Notes: a model not told the origin generated them from the letters alone. DNA of 64,000 nt from an uncultured Butyrivibrio sp. (GCA_947168935.1 CAMVNV010000002.1:683-64682); one strand, 5' to 3'; shown: positions 28,223-39,320, counted from the first letter of the stretch. Program-made: numbers and translations.

Positions 28223-29827
28223 ATGGATATTGGAGAATATCTCCTTGACATCATAAACGAAGCAGAGAACTCTGAATTTATATTATTGATACTTGGAAAG
28301 GACTGTACTAAGGCTGCTGAAACGGCAGGGCAGTTCTTTCCTTCTTGTGTTATTTATTCTGCAGAAGTTACAGATGAAGATATCAAAGTATTAAAGGAAA
28401 TGAACATTCTCTTTGATTATGTAGTTATGACTGATGTGATAGATGATGATGAAAAGTTTCGTGATATTCAAAGAGTTTTACCTTTATTAGATAAGAAAGG
28501 GCATATAAATATAGCGTGTCCTAATTCTAATAACATATTAAATATATCAGATCTTCTAAAATGCAGAACTAAACGAAGCAAAAATTATATTGTTGAGAAA
28601 AGAAATTATACATATGCGGATATAGGCGATAGAATCACAGATTTAAATTTGCTTATTACTAAGTTTGGGCTATTTGGAGATCCATATGAATCCGTCCTTA
28701 ATAAGGATGAGCTTATAAAAGAACTTGGAGATGATCATGCTGATAGCATAAATGCATTATATCTACCGTATATAAGGTTTTCACTAAAAAAGGAAGAGGC
28801 ATATATAGAAAGAAGTGACATATTTCCGGATTCAGATGACGGACTAAAAAGTTATGTTGGAGAAGTTAATTCTTTCAATACGTATAATATTGTCATTAGA
28901 AAAAGCTATCAGGATTATGAGTTCTACATGAAGAATCTGGATCCGCTAAAAAAGGAAGTAAAGTTTAATAAAGAAGCAAATGACATATTAAAAAATAAGA
29001 TTTTAGAAGGTAGTCCTTTCTGTGCACTAAGAGTAGGAAATACAGAAGCGACGCTAATAGATAACTACTTTAGTAGCAAGTTGGAAGGGCAAAGAGGTTA
29101 TAGCAATATTGCAGTAAACTATGCGCTTAAAACAGGTGGCTTTTTTGTTCCAGAAAGCATAGATTTAGAAAAGCTCAATGATTATTTTGATGATTTAGTA
29201 AATATACAGCTAGAAGGATTTAGGAATGCAGACATCATGATGATGTGGGGGGCTTGCAGAATGGAAGCTGTGCTTGCTAATCATTTTGCATTGCCGTCAT
29301 GTTGCAATATTTCCTATTTTTCACTTATTCCGTATATAGAGGAATATGAGCCATGGACTATAGCACTTGCCAGCAAAAAGGTTCTTGTTGTTACAAGTGT
29401 TCCGGATTCTGTAGAGTATCAATATCGAAGGAAGGATGTTATCAGTCCATATAAGATCAGCGTTCTTCCTGAATTTACACTTATCACTTACAGGATGATA
29501 CAAACATGTCAGCAGGATAAAAAGAACTTTGGTACATGGTTTGATGCACTTGCCCATGTTGAAAAAGACATACTTTCAATAGATTTTGATATTGCCATTG
29601 TCGGTGCCGGATTCTATGGCGTTCCGTTATGTAATGCAATAAAAAAGGCAGGAAAGATTGCAATAGAAATGTGCGGTCTTACACCATTTATATTTGGCAT
29701 TGCAGGAAAACGCTTTGTACAGGATCAAAAAGGATTTTATGGGAAATATATGACAGATGCCTGGATAAGACCTTTTGATGAAAAACCTTCATGGTATGCA
29801 CAGGTTGAAGGCGGATGTTATTGGTGA
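28223..29827 (+). CDS. Hypothetical glycosylation protein: degenerate MTase-like N-terminus plus GT-D-like C-terminus
   Basis: FDYVVMTDVI...LLDKKGHINIACPN; ALRVGNTE, KKVLVV, FDIAIVGAG.YG.PL, FGIAGKR, GGCYW. Confidence 0.6.
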   Translation: MDIGEYLLDIINEAENSEFILLILGKDCTKAAETAGQFFPSCVIYSAEVTDEDIKVLKEMNILFDYVVMTDVIDDDEKFRDIQRVLPLLDKKGHINIACPNSNNILNISDLLKCRTKRSKNYIVEKRNYTYADIGDRITDLNLLITKFGLFGDPYESVLNKDELIKELGDDHADSINALYLPYIRFSLKKEEAYIERSDIFPDSDDGLKSYVGEVNSFNTYNIVIRKSYQDYEFYMKNLDPLKKEVKFNKEANDILKNKILEGSPFCALRVGNTEATLIDNYFSSKLEGQRGYSNIAVNYALKTGGFFVPESIDLEKLNDYFDDLVNIQLEGFRNADIMMMWGACRMEAVLANHFALPSCCNISYFSLIPYIEEYEPWTIALASKKVLVVTSVPDSVEYQYRRKDVISPYKISVLPEFTLITYRMIQTCQQDKKNFGTWFDALAHVEKDILSIDFDIAIVGAGFYGVPLCNAIKKAGKIAIEMCGLTPFIFGIAGKRFVQDQKGFYGKYMTDAWIRPFDEKPSWYAQVEGGCYW

Positions 29828-29854
29828 TTTCTCGATGAAGGAGACTTTGGGAAT

Positions 29855-31291
29855 ATGAATACAAATATGGATGGGGATGTTGTGAAGTTAATAGATAAAG
29901 TCGAAGATAAAAAAGACTGCATTCTAATGTTATCTATGTTGGTAAGTTATACACGTAAGCCGAAGTACTTCAATTTGCTACAAGATTATATTCTTGAGAA
30001 CAACGATGAGTTCCCTGTTAATACACAGTTCTACCTATATCAACAAGTATTGGGAATGAAATTTCGATATGATTTTACATGCAGTGATGATTCTCAGCTT
30101 AAAATGGATGAATGGATTTTGAACATTCTTCAGAACTATCGTGAAAATATTTTGGGCCCAAAGGAACAAATATCTCTTGAGAAAAGGAATAAGAATCTAA
30201 TTTTTGTAGTAACAGATCAATTTCTGGGAAAGACTCATGCGCCAACAAATCTTGCGATGCAATGGTGTGAAGAACTCGTCAGAAATGGCAAATCAGTTAT
30301 GCTTATAAATACTGCTGAAATAGCTACTAATGTTGGTGCAATTCCTTTTGATGGCTATTTGGCAAACTATATGCCTGAATATTCGGCGCTTAATGAAATT
30401 GAAATAGGAGAAATAAAAGTTCCATTTTTCCAATGTGATCAAAATATGCCTGATATAGATGTTTTAAAAGTGCTTCTTTCTGTAGTTGAGAAAGAATGCC
30501 CGGAAATGATCATATCATTTGGAGATACGGTTTTTTCTTATTTAGCTAACCAAATAGTCCCTGTATATACAGTAGCACTTGGTTCTGCAATGCCTCGTAG
30601 CTTTACCAAATATAGAATGCTGATTGGTGAAAAAAAGACCGAGTTGGAAAAACGTTTTATGGAACAATTTGGTTTTTCTGATGATTCCATTATCAAAGCC
30701 GGATTTACTTTTTCTTTACCAAAGCAAAAAGAACAACATTTCAGGCAAGAGTTTGGGATAAGTAAGGATTCTTTTTGTCTACTTGTAATAGGGACTAGAC
30801 TGGAAGCTGACCTGACAGATGAGTTTATGGAAATGTTAGATGGACTATTAAATGATGAGAGATTAAGTGTATTGTTTGTGGGACAGTTAGATTACGAACA
30901 CATAGTATGTCCCTATAAAAATGTTTTAGATAGGAGTAATCACATTTCACATGCGCAAGACTTACTTTCTATAGTTGAGCTTGGTGATTTATACATAAAT
31001 CCAACAAGAATGGGTGGTGGCACATCTGCTTTATTTGCACTAAAAAAAGGAAAACCTGTAGTTACAGTAGACTACGGCGATGTGGCATTGAATGCTGGTG
31101 ATGAGTTTTGTGTTTCAGATTATGAAAGTATGCAGGACATAATAAAAAAATACTTAGATGATTCTTCTTTTTACGAGAGTATGTCCAATATAGCAAAGCA
31201 AAGAGCGTCAACTTTAACTGAGGCAGATAATCCGTATTATAAGCAAGTGCAGGAAATAGAAAAGCGAGAGGAAGAAAGCTGCTGTTATTAA
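29855..31291 (+). CDS. GT-B (GT4-like) glycosyltransferase
   Basis: QFLGKTHAPT, C-terminal DLYINPTRMGGGTSALFAL..GKPVV...GDV. Confidence 0.8.
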   Translation: MNTNMDGDVVKLIDKVEDKKDCILMLSMLVSYTRKPKYFNLLQDYILENNDEFPVNTQFYLYQQVLGMKFRYDFTCSDDSQLKMDEWILNILQNYRENILGPKEQISLEKRNKNLIFVVTDQFLGKTHAPTNLAMQWCEELVRNGKSVMLINTAEIATNVGAIPFDGYLANYMPEYSALNEIEIGEIKVPFFQCDQNMPDIDVLKVLLSVVEKECPEMIISFGDTVFSYLANQIVPVYTVALGSAMPRSFTKYRMLIGEKKTELEKRFMEQFGFSDDSIIKAGFTFSLPKQKEQHFRQEFGISKDSFCLLVIGTRLEADLTDEFMEMLDGLLNDERLSVLFVGQLDYEHIVCPYKNVLDRSNHISHAQDLLSIVELGDLYINPTRMGGGTSALFALKKGKPVVTVDYGDVALNAGDEFCVSDYESMQDIIKKYLDDSSFYESMSNIAKQRASTLTEADNPYYKQVQEIEKREEESCCY

Positions 31292-31311
31292 GAGTTCAAG
31301 AGGATGTGCAT

Positions 31312-32904
31312 ATGTCATATGAAGATGTGAAAGAAAGAGCTTTACGTATTGTTGGTGAAATAAATGACGATAGTAATGTGAATGCTTTAAATGACAGGAT
31401 TAGTGAGTTCATAAATTATCTTAAAAATAATACATCAGATAAGGAGTATGCATATCGGATAATAAGCGCATGTGCAGACGATGTTGATGAAACAAGGCTT
31501 AAAGTACTTTTCTATTCAATACTTTTGCAGATGCCATTATGTCTTGTCAATAACAACGTAGCTTTTGAAAAAATGATCAGCGCTATTTTGAATACCTGCT
31601 ATTTATCTTTAGAGGAGCGAATAACATATTTTTATGAATTTTCATATAGGTTATTTGTTACTCCAGCTCTTCAAGCAGATGATAATAAATTATCGTTATG
31701 GAGGATGTTTAATTCGATCGTAAAAGATTATCATGACCAATTATTTTTAAAAGCTGATTTTCCTTATCTTATAAAAGAAAAACGTAGTAAAAACTTTTTT
31801 GTTGTGATTGCAGATCAGATTCTTACTGAAGAACATGGACCGACAAAATCGGCTCTTGATAGATGCAGAGCATTAATTTGTTCTGGTAATAATGTATTAC
31901 TGCTTAATACAGGTGAGAATTGCTTTGTAGACAGCCCTGTTTTGTTTTACGACGGCGTTATAGCAAATCATATAGATGAGCTTGATAAGGCTGAATATTT
32001 ACATTATCAAGGGTATAAAATACCTTTTTGCCAAATTGGTAAAGGCCCAATGGATAAAGATGCCTTACTAGATTATCTCCATATCATTTATGATTATGCA
32101 CCTACCATGGTAATAGATATGGGCGGAAATACTTTATTAGGAAACTTATGTAATTACTTTATTCCGGTACTTGCAGTGACTCTTGGTCCGGATAATCTTG
32201 TAAGAACTACTGAGAAATGGCAAACGATAGGAAGAAAGATCAATGATAATGATAGACGTATTTTACAAAAAATAGGGTATCCGGAAGATAAAGTTATAGA
32301 AATGATGATGACTTTTGAGTGTAAGGAGCAGACGACTAGTTTGCCAAGATCAGACCTTGGTATGAAGGATGTTGAGTTTGATATAGTAGTTGGTGTTTGA
32401 AGACTTCAGGAAGAAATAGATGCAAAGTTTTTAAAAATGATGCGTGCTGTTTTAAAATATGATCACAACATTCGTTTCAATTTTTGTGGAAGATTTTCAA
32501 ATTATGATGAAATGATAGGGGCAGATGTAGTGCTTTCAAAAGTATGCAGATTTCTTGGTATGCAATCTGATATGATGGCTGTCCTTGACAATATGGATCT
32601 ATATGTAAATCCTATCAGACTTGGCGGAGGCACAAGTGCGCAGGAAGCAATGTTGAAAGGTGTTCCTGTTGTTACATGTAAGACGGGAGATGTGTATGCC
32701 AATTGCCATGAAGATTTTGCAGTGAATAACTATGACGAAATGATCTTAACAATAAAGAAGTATATTGAAGATCAGGATTATTATAAATTCCAGTCTGAGA
32801 AAGCGAGAAAGCTAGGAGAACTGGAACATGATACCATAGGAGAATTCAACAGAATCATTGAAGAGTGTCATAAAAGAGACGATGATAATTACTTCCGTAA
32901 TTAA
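31312..32904 (+). pseudogene. Paralogous GT-B glycosyltransferase interrupted by one in-frame TGA (32398-32400)
   Basis: ORFs 31306-32400 and 32437-32904 share a frame. Read through, they align end to end with 29855-31291 (HGPT; NPIRLGGGTSA..A...GVPVV...GDV). Confidence 0.8.
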
Positions 32905-32925
32905 GAGCTTTTTGATGGAGAATAT

Positions 32926-34086
32926 ATGATTCCACTATCAGTTCCAAATTTTGAAGGTAATGAAGTTAAATATACAAACGATGCTGTAAGTCAGGGATGG
33001 GTTTCTACCGGTGGCGCATATGTTAGCCGCATGGAAGAAATGCTGTCAGAATACACATCATCATATGCTGTGGCCTGTCAGAGCGGAACAGCTGCTCTTC
33101 ACATGGCTTTATATGAACTTGGAATAACATATGGTGACATGGTCATAGTGCCAACACTTACATTTATAGCGGCGGTCAATCCTGCTACTTACGTTGGTGC
33201 AGAACCAGTATTTATGGACTGTGATGACAGCCTGTGTATGGACGCTGATAAGCTTGATGAATTCTGCGAATCTGAGTGCGAGTATGACGGACATAATCTC
33301 GTATATTCCAAGAGTGGAAAAAAAGTTAAGGCAATCATAGTGGTTCACGTTTTTGGTAATCTTGCGGATATGGAAAAGATTATGGACATAGCTTCTAAAT
33401 ATAATCTTTATGTAATCGAAGATGCAACAGAAGCGCTTGGTAGCAGATACGAATATGGAAGATATAAAGGGGATATGGCAGGTACGATTGGAGATATTGG
33501 CGCCCTTTCATTTAATGGTAATAAGATTATTACTACAGGTGGAGGAGGTGCAGTTTTATCCAAAGATAAGGGCAGGGCTTTACATATTAAGTACTTATCT
33601 ACCCAGGCCAAAGACGATCCCCATTTTTATATACATAACGAGATAGGCTTTAACTATAGAATGACAAATGTTCAGGCAGCTATCGGCTGTGCTCAGATGG
33701 AAGAGGTTGAAGAATTTATCAGTAGAAAAAATAAAAATCACCAGATATACCAGGAACTGCTTGAAGGAGCAGATTTTGGATATATTCTTCCTTTTAGAGA
33801 TAATATCAGGTCTAATAAATGGTTTTATTCTTTGGTTATAGACAGGGCTAAATGCCCTTTAGACATAAAAACATATATTGATGCCTTATCTAAAGAAGGT
33901 GTAGAAACAAGGCCCATCTGGGGGCTTATAGGAGAGCAGAAACCATATCAGAAATGTGTTTCATACAAGATAGAAAGGGCGAAATATTATTCTGAAAGAA
34001 TAATAAACCTTCCATGTAGTACAAACATAACTAAGGATCAGATTGAAGAAACAGTAGATAAACTTAACAAATGTCTAAAGATGTAG
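32926..34086 (+). CDS. legC: LegC-type NDP-4-keto-6-deoxy-sugar aminotransferase
   Basis: MIPLSVPNF.GNE, WVST.G, SGTAALH, IEDATEALGS, SFNGNKIITTGGGG, NYRMTN. Confidence 0.9.
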   Translation: MIPLSVPNFEGNEVKYTNDAVSQGWVSTGGAYVSRMEEMLSEYTSSYAVACQSGTAALHMALYELGITYGDMVIVPTLTFIAAVNPATYVGAEPVFMDCDDSLCMDADKLDEFCESECEYDGHNLVYSKSGKKVKAIIVVHVFGNLADMEKIMDIASKYNLYVIEDATEALGSRYEYGRYKGDMAGTIGDIGALSFNGNKIITTGGGGAVLSKDKGRALHIKYLSTQAKDDPHFYIHNEIGFNYRMTNVQAAIGCAQMEEVEEFISRKNKNHQIYQELLEGADFGYILPFRDNIRSNKWFYSLVIDRAKCPLDIKTYIDALSKEGVETRPIWGLIGEQKPYQKCVSYKIERAKYYSERIINLPCSTNITKDQIEETVDKLNKCLKM

Positions 34087-34110
34087 ATATAGATTGACGG
34101 AGGCATTAAA

Positions 34111-35166
34111 TTGTCAAGTATACCAATTACTCAAGAAGATATCATTATCAGGACACAAGGAGGATACCCCCTTATTACAGTGGGCAAAGGGACATATGCC
34201 GAGAGTATTAGTATACATTCGCCTATAGATATGGATATTAATTCACCATATCTTTTCCAGATTGGAAGATATACAAGTATAGGGGATAATCTGACGATCA
34301 TCAGTAATCTAAATCATGATTATAAATCTGTTTTCCAAGGTGTGATTCCTGAATTTGCAGATGATACAGCTAATTCCTTTAGGTTAAGAAAAGGGCAAAA
34401 TGACGCTAATCTAGAGCAAAAGGGCATGGTTCTTATAGGGAATGATGTTTGGATTGGTGATGATGTAACTATAGTTTCAGAAGTTACTATAGGAAATGGA
34501 GCTGTTATTGCAGCTGGAAGTGTTGTAGTAAGTGATGTTCCGCCTTATTCGATCTATGGTGGGAATCCTGCAAGATTTATTATAAGTAGGTTTGATGATG
34601 AGACGATAGGACTTTTCCAAAAGATAATGTGGTGGGATTTTAACAAAGATATGCTTCTTGAGGCTAAGGAAGATATGCTGGGAGATCCCCTGTATTTTGC
34701 ACGCAAATATGGAAATCTAGCTGAGTATTATGAAAGTTCTAATGTACTGAATCTTTCTGACAAAGGGATAATTACTTCTTTGATAGCATTTATTGATGTC
34801 GAAACACAGTACCACTCATTTGGTAATGTATTAGTACAGTTTTGTAAGACTTTTGCAGATGGACAGGCTCAGCTTATATTGTGTTATAACCCTGGTAATG
34901 AAGTGGAATCAGAAACTGCAAATGAGCTTTTGAAAATGTCAGATGAACTTCCTAAAGATATACGATTTAGTTTAGTTCCATTGGAACCTCACATGGAGGA
35001 AGCTGCCATAAGTGAGGCTGATTATATGATCGTTGGACGTGGTACTGATTATATTAAAAGGGTTTCATATGCCTTTAAATATGGCGTTCCTTGTATATCA
35101 GGAGTCGATTTTCCAATATTTAATTCAAAGCTTCTTGAGAAAATAATAGAGTCTAATAAAGATTGA
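34111..35166 (+). CDS. CatB/Vat-related hexapeptide acetyltransferase with an extra C-terminal domain
   Basis: [34 protein letters not shown]...RF, WWD. Confidence 0.85.
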   Translation: MSSIPITQEDIIIRTQGGYPLITVGKGTYAESISIHSPIDMDINSPYLFQIGRYTSIGDNLTIISNLNHDYKSVFQGVIPEFADDTANSFRLRKGQNDANLEQKGMVLIGNDVWIGDDVTIVSEVTIGNGAVIAAGSVVVSDVPPYSIYGGNPARFIISRFDDETIGLFQKIMWWDFNKDMLLEAKEDMLGDPLYFARKYGNLAEYYESSNVLNLSDKGIITSLIAFIDVETQYHSFGNVLVQFCKTFADGQAQLILCYNPGNEVESETANELLKMSDELPKDIRFSLVPLEPHMEEAAISEADYMIVGRGTDYIKRVSYAFKYGVPCISGVDFPIFNSKLLEKIIESNKD

Positions 35167-35182
35167 CTTCTTAAATGTAAAT

Positions 35183-35307
35183 TACAGAAACGCGCATTTA
35201 CTGCGTGTTTCGTGATTCAGTGAGTCTGTAGGTAAATAGGCCCAATGCCGAAGGCATTCTCAATTGGCCTATTTACTGCATTTTTGAATCTTTGATTCAA
35301 AAATGTA
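35183..35307. repeat. Multi-hairpin intergenic element
   Basis: TACAG...CTGTA enclosing two hairpins; GTAAATAGGCC...GGCCTATTTAC with TGCC-GAA-GGCA; TGCATTTTTGAATC/GATTCAAAAATGTA. Confidence 0.6.
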
Positions 35308-35339
35308 TACTAATTAAGTTATAAATATGAAGCTAGGTA

Positions 35340-36593
35340 ATGCTTATGATCAAGCCAAATAGAAAGATACTATTTTTTGTAGATAGCTATTACTACAATT
35401 CAGCCAGAGTATTCCTTGAATCCATGAGTGATGATTACGAGTATTATGCGTTCTCTGATCAGGACATATCTTCTGATATAGCTGGATTTCACTACACAAG
35501 TATTGATCATATCGACAAGGTTTCAGATATTTGTTTTGACTATATAGTTATTGCCTCAGAAAATCCTGATGGTGTGTATGACAGAATTGAAGCAGTACTT
35601 AAGACACATGATCATCAGGTTATGACATTTTTGGAGGCAGCAGATATTATCCTGCCCTTTGATGGCTGCATCAGCTTTATGAGACTTCATGCCAGTACAC
35701 TTATTCCAAGTAAGCTTCCTTCAAAAGTCGTTGAAAAAAGGAACAGGAATTATTCAAAAGAAATGCACATAGTAATGTCATTTAATTCCAAGTTCCTTTT
35801 GCCTTCTATAACAACGATCTATACGCTTTTTACTAATAACGATAATTGCCACTTACACATTTTTTATCAGGACCTGTCTCAAAATGAAAGAGCAGTTATA
35901 GACCGGTTATCGAAAATTGGAAATAACAACAAAATTGAGTGGCACTATATTAAGGATGATCTTGAAGATAAGATCCATTTTGATATTGGAAGATTTTCTA
36001 TCTATGCAATTTACAGATTTCTGGCATATAAAGTTCTTGATGATTCAATAGAACGAGCTTTGTGGCTTGATTCTGATCTGATGATAAGAGGGAATATCAG
36101 AGAATTATATGAGATAGACATGGGTGATAAGTACTACTTTTCAAGTGTCTTAGAAGGCTCTGACTACGAAGATAATATCCTTGGTAAGAACCGGGAATAT
36201 ACCAATAATGGCGTACTACTCATGAATCTTAAAAAGCTTCGCTCTGACGATATGATGGATAAGTTCTGGGAGTTTTTATTTTCTCCTGACTATGAATATC
36301 CACTAAGTCAGGATGCGCTGAATGTCGTATTCAGATATAAGATTAAGTTCTTTAAGCAGATAATATGGAACAGTTTTCCGATTACGGATTTTTCAGGTAT
36401 TCCGGATTCTGAGTTCGATAAGATTGTAAAAAAAACTAAGATTGTTCATTGGCTTTCAGCTCAGAAGGCATGGCTTCCCGAATATGAAGGCTATTGGAGG
36501 GCTGTGTCTGAACAATATCCTTATACAAAAGTTATGTACGAAGAATATCAGAAGCATCTTTCAAAGAGCGTTGACTATGTATCTGATCAATAG
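35340..36593 (+). CDS. GT8 glycosyltransferase with an N-terminal Rossmann-like domain
   Basis: AIYRFL, ALWLDSD, NNGVLLMNL, QDALN, IVHW...KAW. Confidence 0.88.
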   Translation: MLMIKPNRKILFFVDSYYYNSARVFLESMSDDYEYYAFSDQDISSDIAGFHYTSIDHIDKVSDICFDYIVIASENPDGVYDRIEAVLKTHDHQVMTFLEAADIILPFDGCISFMRLHASTLIPSKLPSKVVEKRNRNYSKEMHIVMSFNSKFLLPSITTIYTLFTNNDNCHLHIFYQDLSQNERAVIDRLSKIGNNNKIEWHYIKDDLEDKIHFDIGRFSIYAIYRFLAYKVLDDSIERALWLDSDLMIRGNIRELYEIDMGDKYYFSSVLEGSDYEDNILGKNREYTNNGVLLMNLKKLRSDDMMDKFWEFLFSPDYEYPLSQDALNVVFRYKIKFFKQIIWNSFPITDFSGIPDSEFDKIVKKTKIVHWLSAQKAWLPEYEGYWRAVSEQYPYTKVMYEEYQKHLSKSVDYVSDQ

Positions 36594-36602
36594 GTATAGC
36601 CT

Positions 36603-37886
36603 ATGCCCAACAATCACAAAATAGCCTTTATCATCTGCACCAACAACAAGATATTATTTGATGAATGCAAGCTGTATATTGATAAGCTGATCATCCCAGA
36701 TGGATACGAAACAGAGCTTATCCCGGTATATGGCGCAGTTTCCATGACTTCAGGCTATAATAGTGCTCTTCAAAAAACTGATGCAAAGTACAAAATCTAT
36801 ATGCATCAGGATGTCTATATTATCAACAAATATTTCCTTTGCAATATAATTGATATTTTTAATAAAGATTCTTCTATAGGCATGATCGGGATGGTAGGAA
36901 GTCCTTCTATTCCTTCTACTACAGTTATGTGGTTTGGGGCAAGGTTTGGTAACTTCAGGTCATGGCCTTTAGGAAAGAGAACTCATGAAAGAATCAGCGA
37001 TGATACTGTAGTGCATGATGTTGAAGCAATAGATGGATTTATGATGGTAACCCAGGTTGATATTCCCTGGAGAAGCGACCTGTTTGATGGCTGGGACTTT
37101 TATGATGTATCTCAGTCATTTGAATTTAGGAAAAAGGGATATAAGGTTGTTGTACCTAATCAGTTAAGCACCTGGTGCATACATGATGATGGGGTTATTA
37201 TGTCCCTTTGGAATTATGACAGATATAGAGAGGTTCTTATAAGTAATTATAGTGACATGGTTCCGGCTTTAGATGAGCAGGATCCTGATTATAAGGCATA
37301 TCTAAGTATTAAGAACTATAGTGATAACGCTACTAACATGCAGAAAATGGTTGATGATATTCTGGTTAAGGTTAGTGATATCATAGGAAAGCATAATGCA
37401 AGCGCATTTGCAGCTATCTGTAAAGAGCTTGGAACTAAAGGAAGTCTTATTGGAGCATCATCAAAGCTTACTCAGATCCAGCAAATGGGTAAGTGCGTAT
37501 CACAGGAATATAGCATGAAGCTAAAGACTTTTATTGATGATGTGGCTGGTGAAGCTGAATTTGAAGATAAGTTATCTATGCTTAAACTTATGCTAAGAAG
37601 GATAGAACTAGCTACTTCTGACGATGAATCTGATAGCATATCCTCGCAGGAACTGGATGAAGCTTTCATGTTTATTATAAAAAGACAGATTTCTCCTTTT
37701 AGTATATATACTGTTTTGTATTCGTCTATTTCTGTATTTGTTGAAAAAGAGGCTGTTATGCTTAGCGTTGCATTAGCATTATTAGATCAGCGAGATTCTG
37801 CAGGCGCATTTCTTACGCTATCGCTCATTCCGAAGCCATCTGAAAAGACCAAGCTTCTAATAGAAAGGCTCCAAGGAAAAATGTAA
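36603..37886 (+). CDS. GT-A glycosyltransferase (Glyco_tranf_2_5-like) with a helical C-terminus
   Basis: IAFIICTN, SMTSGYN, YMHQDV, GMIGMVG, VEAIDG, FDGWDFYD. Confidence 0.85.
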   Translation: MPNNHKIAFIICTNNKILFDECKLYIDKLIIPDGYETELIPVYGAVSMTSGYNSALQKTDAKYKIYMHQDVYIINKYFLCNIIDIFNKDSSIGMIGMVGSPSIPSTTVMWFGARFGNFRSWPLGKRTHERISDDTVVHDVEAIDGFMMVTQVDIPWRSDLFDGWDFYDVSQSFEFRKKGYKVVVPNQLSTWCIHDDGVIMSLWNYDRYREVLISNYSDMVPALDEQDPDYKAYLSIKNYSDNATNMQKMVDDILVKVSDIIGKHNASAFAAICKELGTKGSLIGASSKLTQIQQMGKCVSQEYSMKLKTFIDDVAGEAEFEDKLSMLKLMLRRIELATSDDESDSISSQELDEAFMFIIKRQISPFSIYTVLYSSISVFVEKEAVMLSVALALLDQRDSAGAFLTLSLIPKPSEKTKLLIERLQGKM

Positions 37887-37920
37887 TACATAAGATTAAA
37901 GAAAAATCACCAAAATCGAA

Positions 37921-38973
37921 TTACTCGATTTTGGCGATTACCTGCGCATTATATTCTTTGTCGTTTATTTCCTCAATTTTAAGGCCAGAAACTTTCTCAT
38001 TTATACTGCAGTACTTGTACGGTATATTGACACTGTAAATATTTGGCGCATTCCTGATAAAGGCTTCATATGCAAGATCTGCATGCCCTATATCTATTGC
38101 CTGATATCCTTCTTTATAAAGGTCATATGCAAGTGCAGTTGCAGTTGGTCCAAGTGCAAGCAGAATAAGCTTATCTTTGGGCTGCTTTACTGCTTCATTC
38201 ATTATATCGTCGTATCTGTTTATAGCATTTTCAGCAGGTCCTAGTATTCTCTCTATGCTCTTGCAATTGTCAAAAAGATCATTTCCTACACCCATACCGG
38301 TTTGACAACCCTCAATAAAAATACATTCGCGCCCGTTCCATATTTTTTTCAGATTATTAACATCATCCAAGGTATTGATATTATTAAACTTAGCATCTCC
38401 ATAAGTTTTTTCAGGACTAAGGAGCTGGGCATGAAGTCTTCTGACCATAGGGCGCATGTAAGCACGAACGCTGTCAGCATCATATTCCGGGATATCTGAC
38501 AGGTTCATATAAAATGTTGGGTGAAGGCCAATTAATAAGCCTTCTTCATCGGATGCTAAAACTTCTTTGAGCTTTTGGGCCAGTACTTCTGAAACATCCT
38601 GAAAATTCCATCTTTTCTGTTCTACAATAGCTGCGAATTCACCATCTCCAAGTCTTGCTATTGACTTCCTATTTTCTATCAGCTGCTTTATGGTTTCGCT
38701 TTTTGACAGAATCTTTGGTTTATAAAAAAAGGATTTGTAATCTGGATCTTGTAGCTCAAATGGCAAGCTGTCAATTCTATAACGATTGATAAGGGAATAT
38801 TCCCACAATCTGGTGAATTCACCTTTGTTGTCTTTATCGTTTTCAGTTAGTTTAGTTAACATGTCCATCATTTGATGCAATAACATATTTATGCTTTCAC
38901 GCCATTTTTTATATTCAGCATTCTCTGCTTCTAATTCATTTATTCTTGCAATAATATCATCTTCTTTACTCAT
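37921..38973 (-). CDS. GT-D fold (DUF1792) glycosyltransferase
   Basis: SIARLGDGE, FIEG..T.MGVGNDLF, LALGPTA..LAYDL, AIDIGH; N-terminal coiled coil. Start set at ATG 38973. Confidence 0.88.
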   Translation of the reverse strand: MSKEDDIIARINELEAENAEYKKWRESINMLLHQMMDMLTKLTENDKDNKGEFTRLWEYSLINRYRIDSLPFELQDPDYKSFFYKPKILSKSETIKQLIENRKSIARLGDGEFAAIVEQKRWNFQDVSEVLAQKLKEVLASDEEGLLIGLHPTFYMNLSDIPEYDADSVRAYMRPMVRRLHAQLLSPEKTYGDAKFNNINTLDDVNNLKKIWNGRECIFIEGCQTGMGVGNDLFDNCKSIERILGPAENAINRYDDIMNEAVKQPKDKLILLALGPTATALAYDLYKEGYQAIDIGHADLAYEAFIRNAPNIYSVNIPYKYCSINEKVSGLKIEEINDKEYNAQVIAKIE

Positions 38974-39238
38974 TATCAGAATCCTTATCCTTCCAAATAT
39001 ATAAAAATAGTTATACACAGTAATCATCAGGAACTTTTTTTCTTGAGATTACTATTTTTAGTTAAAACGGGATTTCCTAATGAACTAATTAGTATTTCGG
39101 AGAAAATGTGGATTTTATTGAGCCTTTTGGATTTTGTCTAGTCACTCGTTTTATTATCACTTCAATAATCACACTTGATGTTCTATAATCTTCTTATAGA
39201 TTATTTAAAAGCGAGATTTAGTCAATTGTACGCATCCA

Positions 39239-39320
39239 GAGGTGACAAGTTTGAAAGTGTGCCACTTTCAAACCCGAATTGGTGTCGCGAGCACCACCAA
39301 TATCGAACCATTAGTCACTC
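39239..39320. repeat. Three-way-junction hairpin element upstream of neuA
   Basis: Outer GAGGTGAC/GTCACTC enclosing GTTTGAAAGTG-TGC-CACTTTCAAAC and ATTGGTG...CACCAAT. Confidence 0.5.

Noticed and set aside
32398-32450. Selenocysteine at the in-frame TGA
   Set aside because: The aligned paralogue has no Cys here, no SECIS-like hairpin is evident downstream, and no sel genes are in the window.
39230-39320. tRNA gene (ends near ACCA)
   Set aside because: No T-loop GTTCRA, D-loop or cloverleaf geometry.
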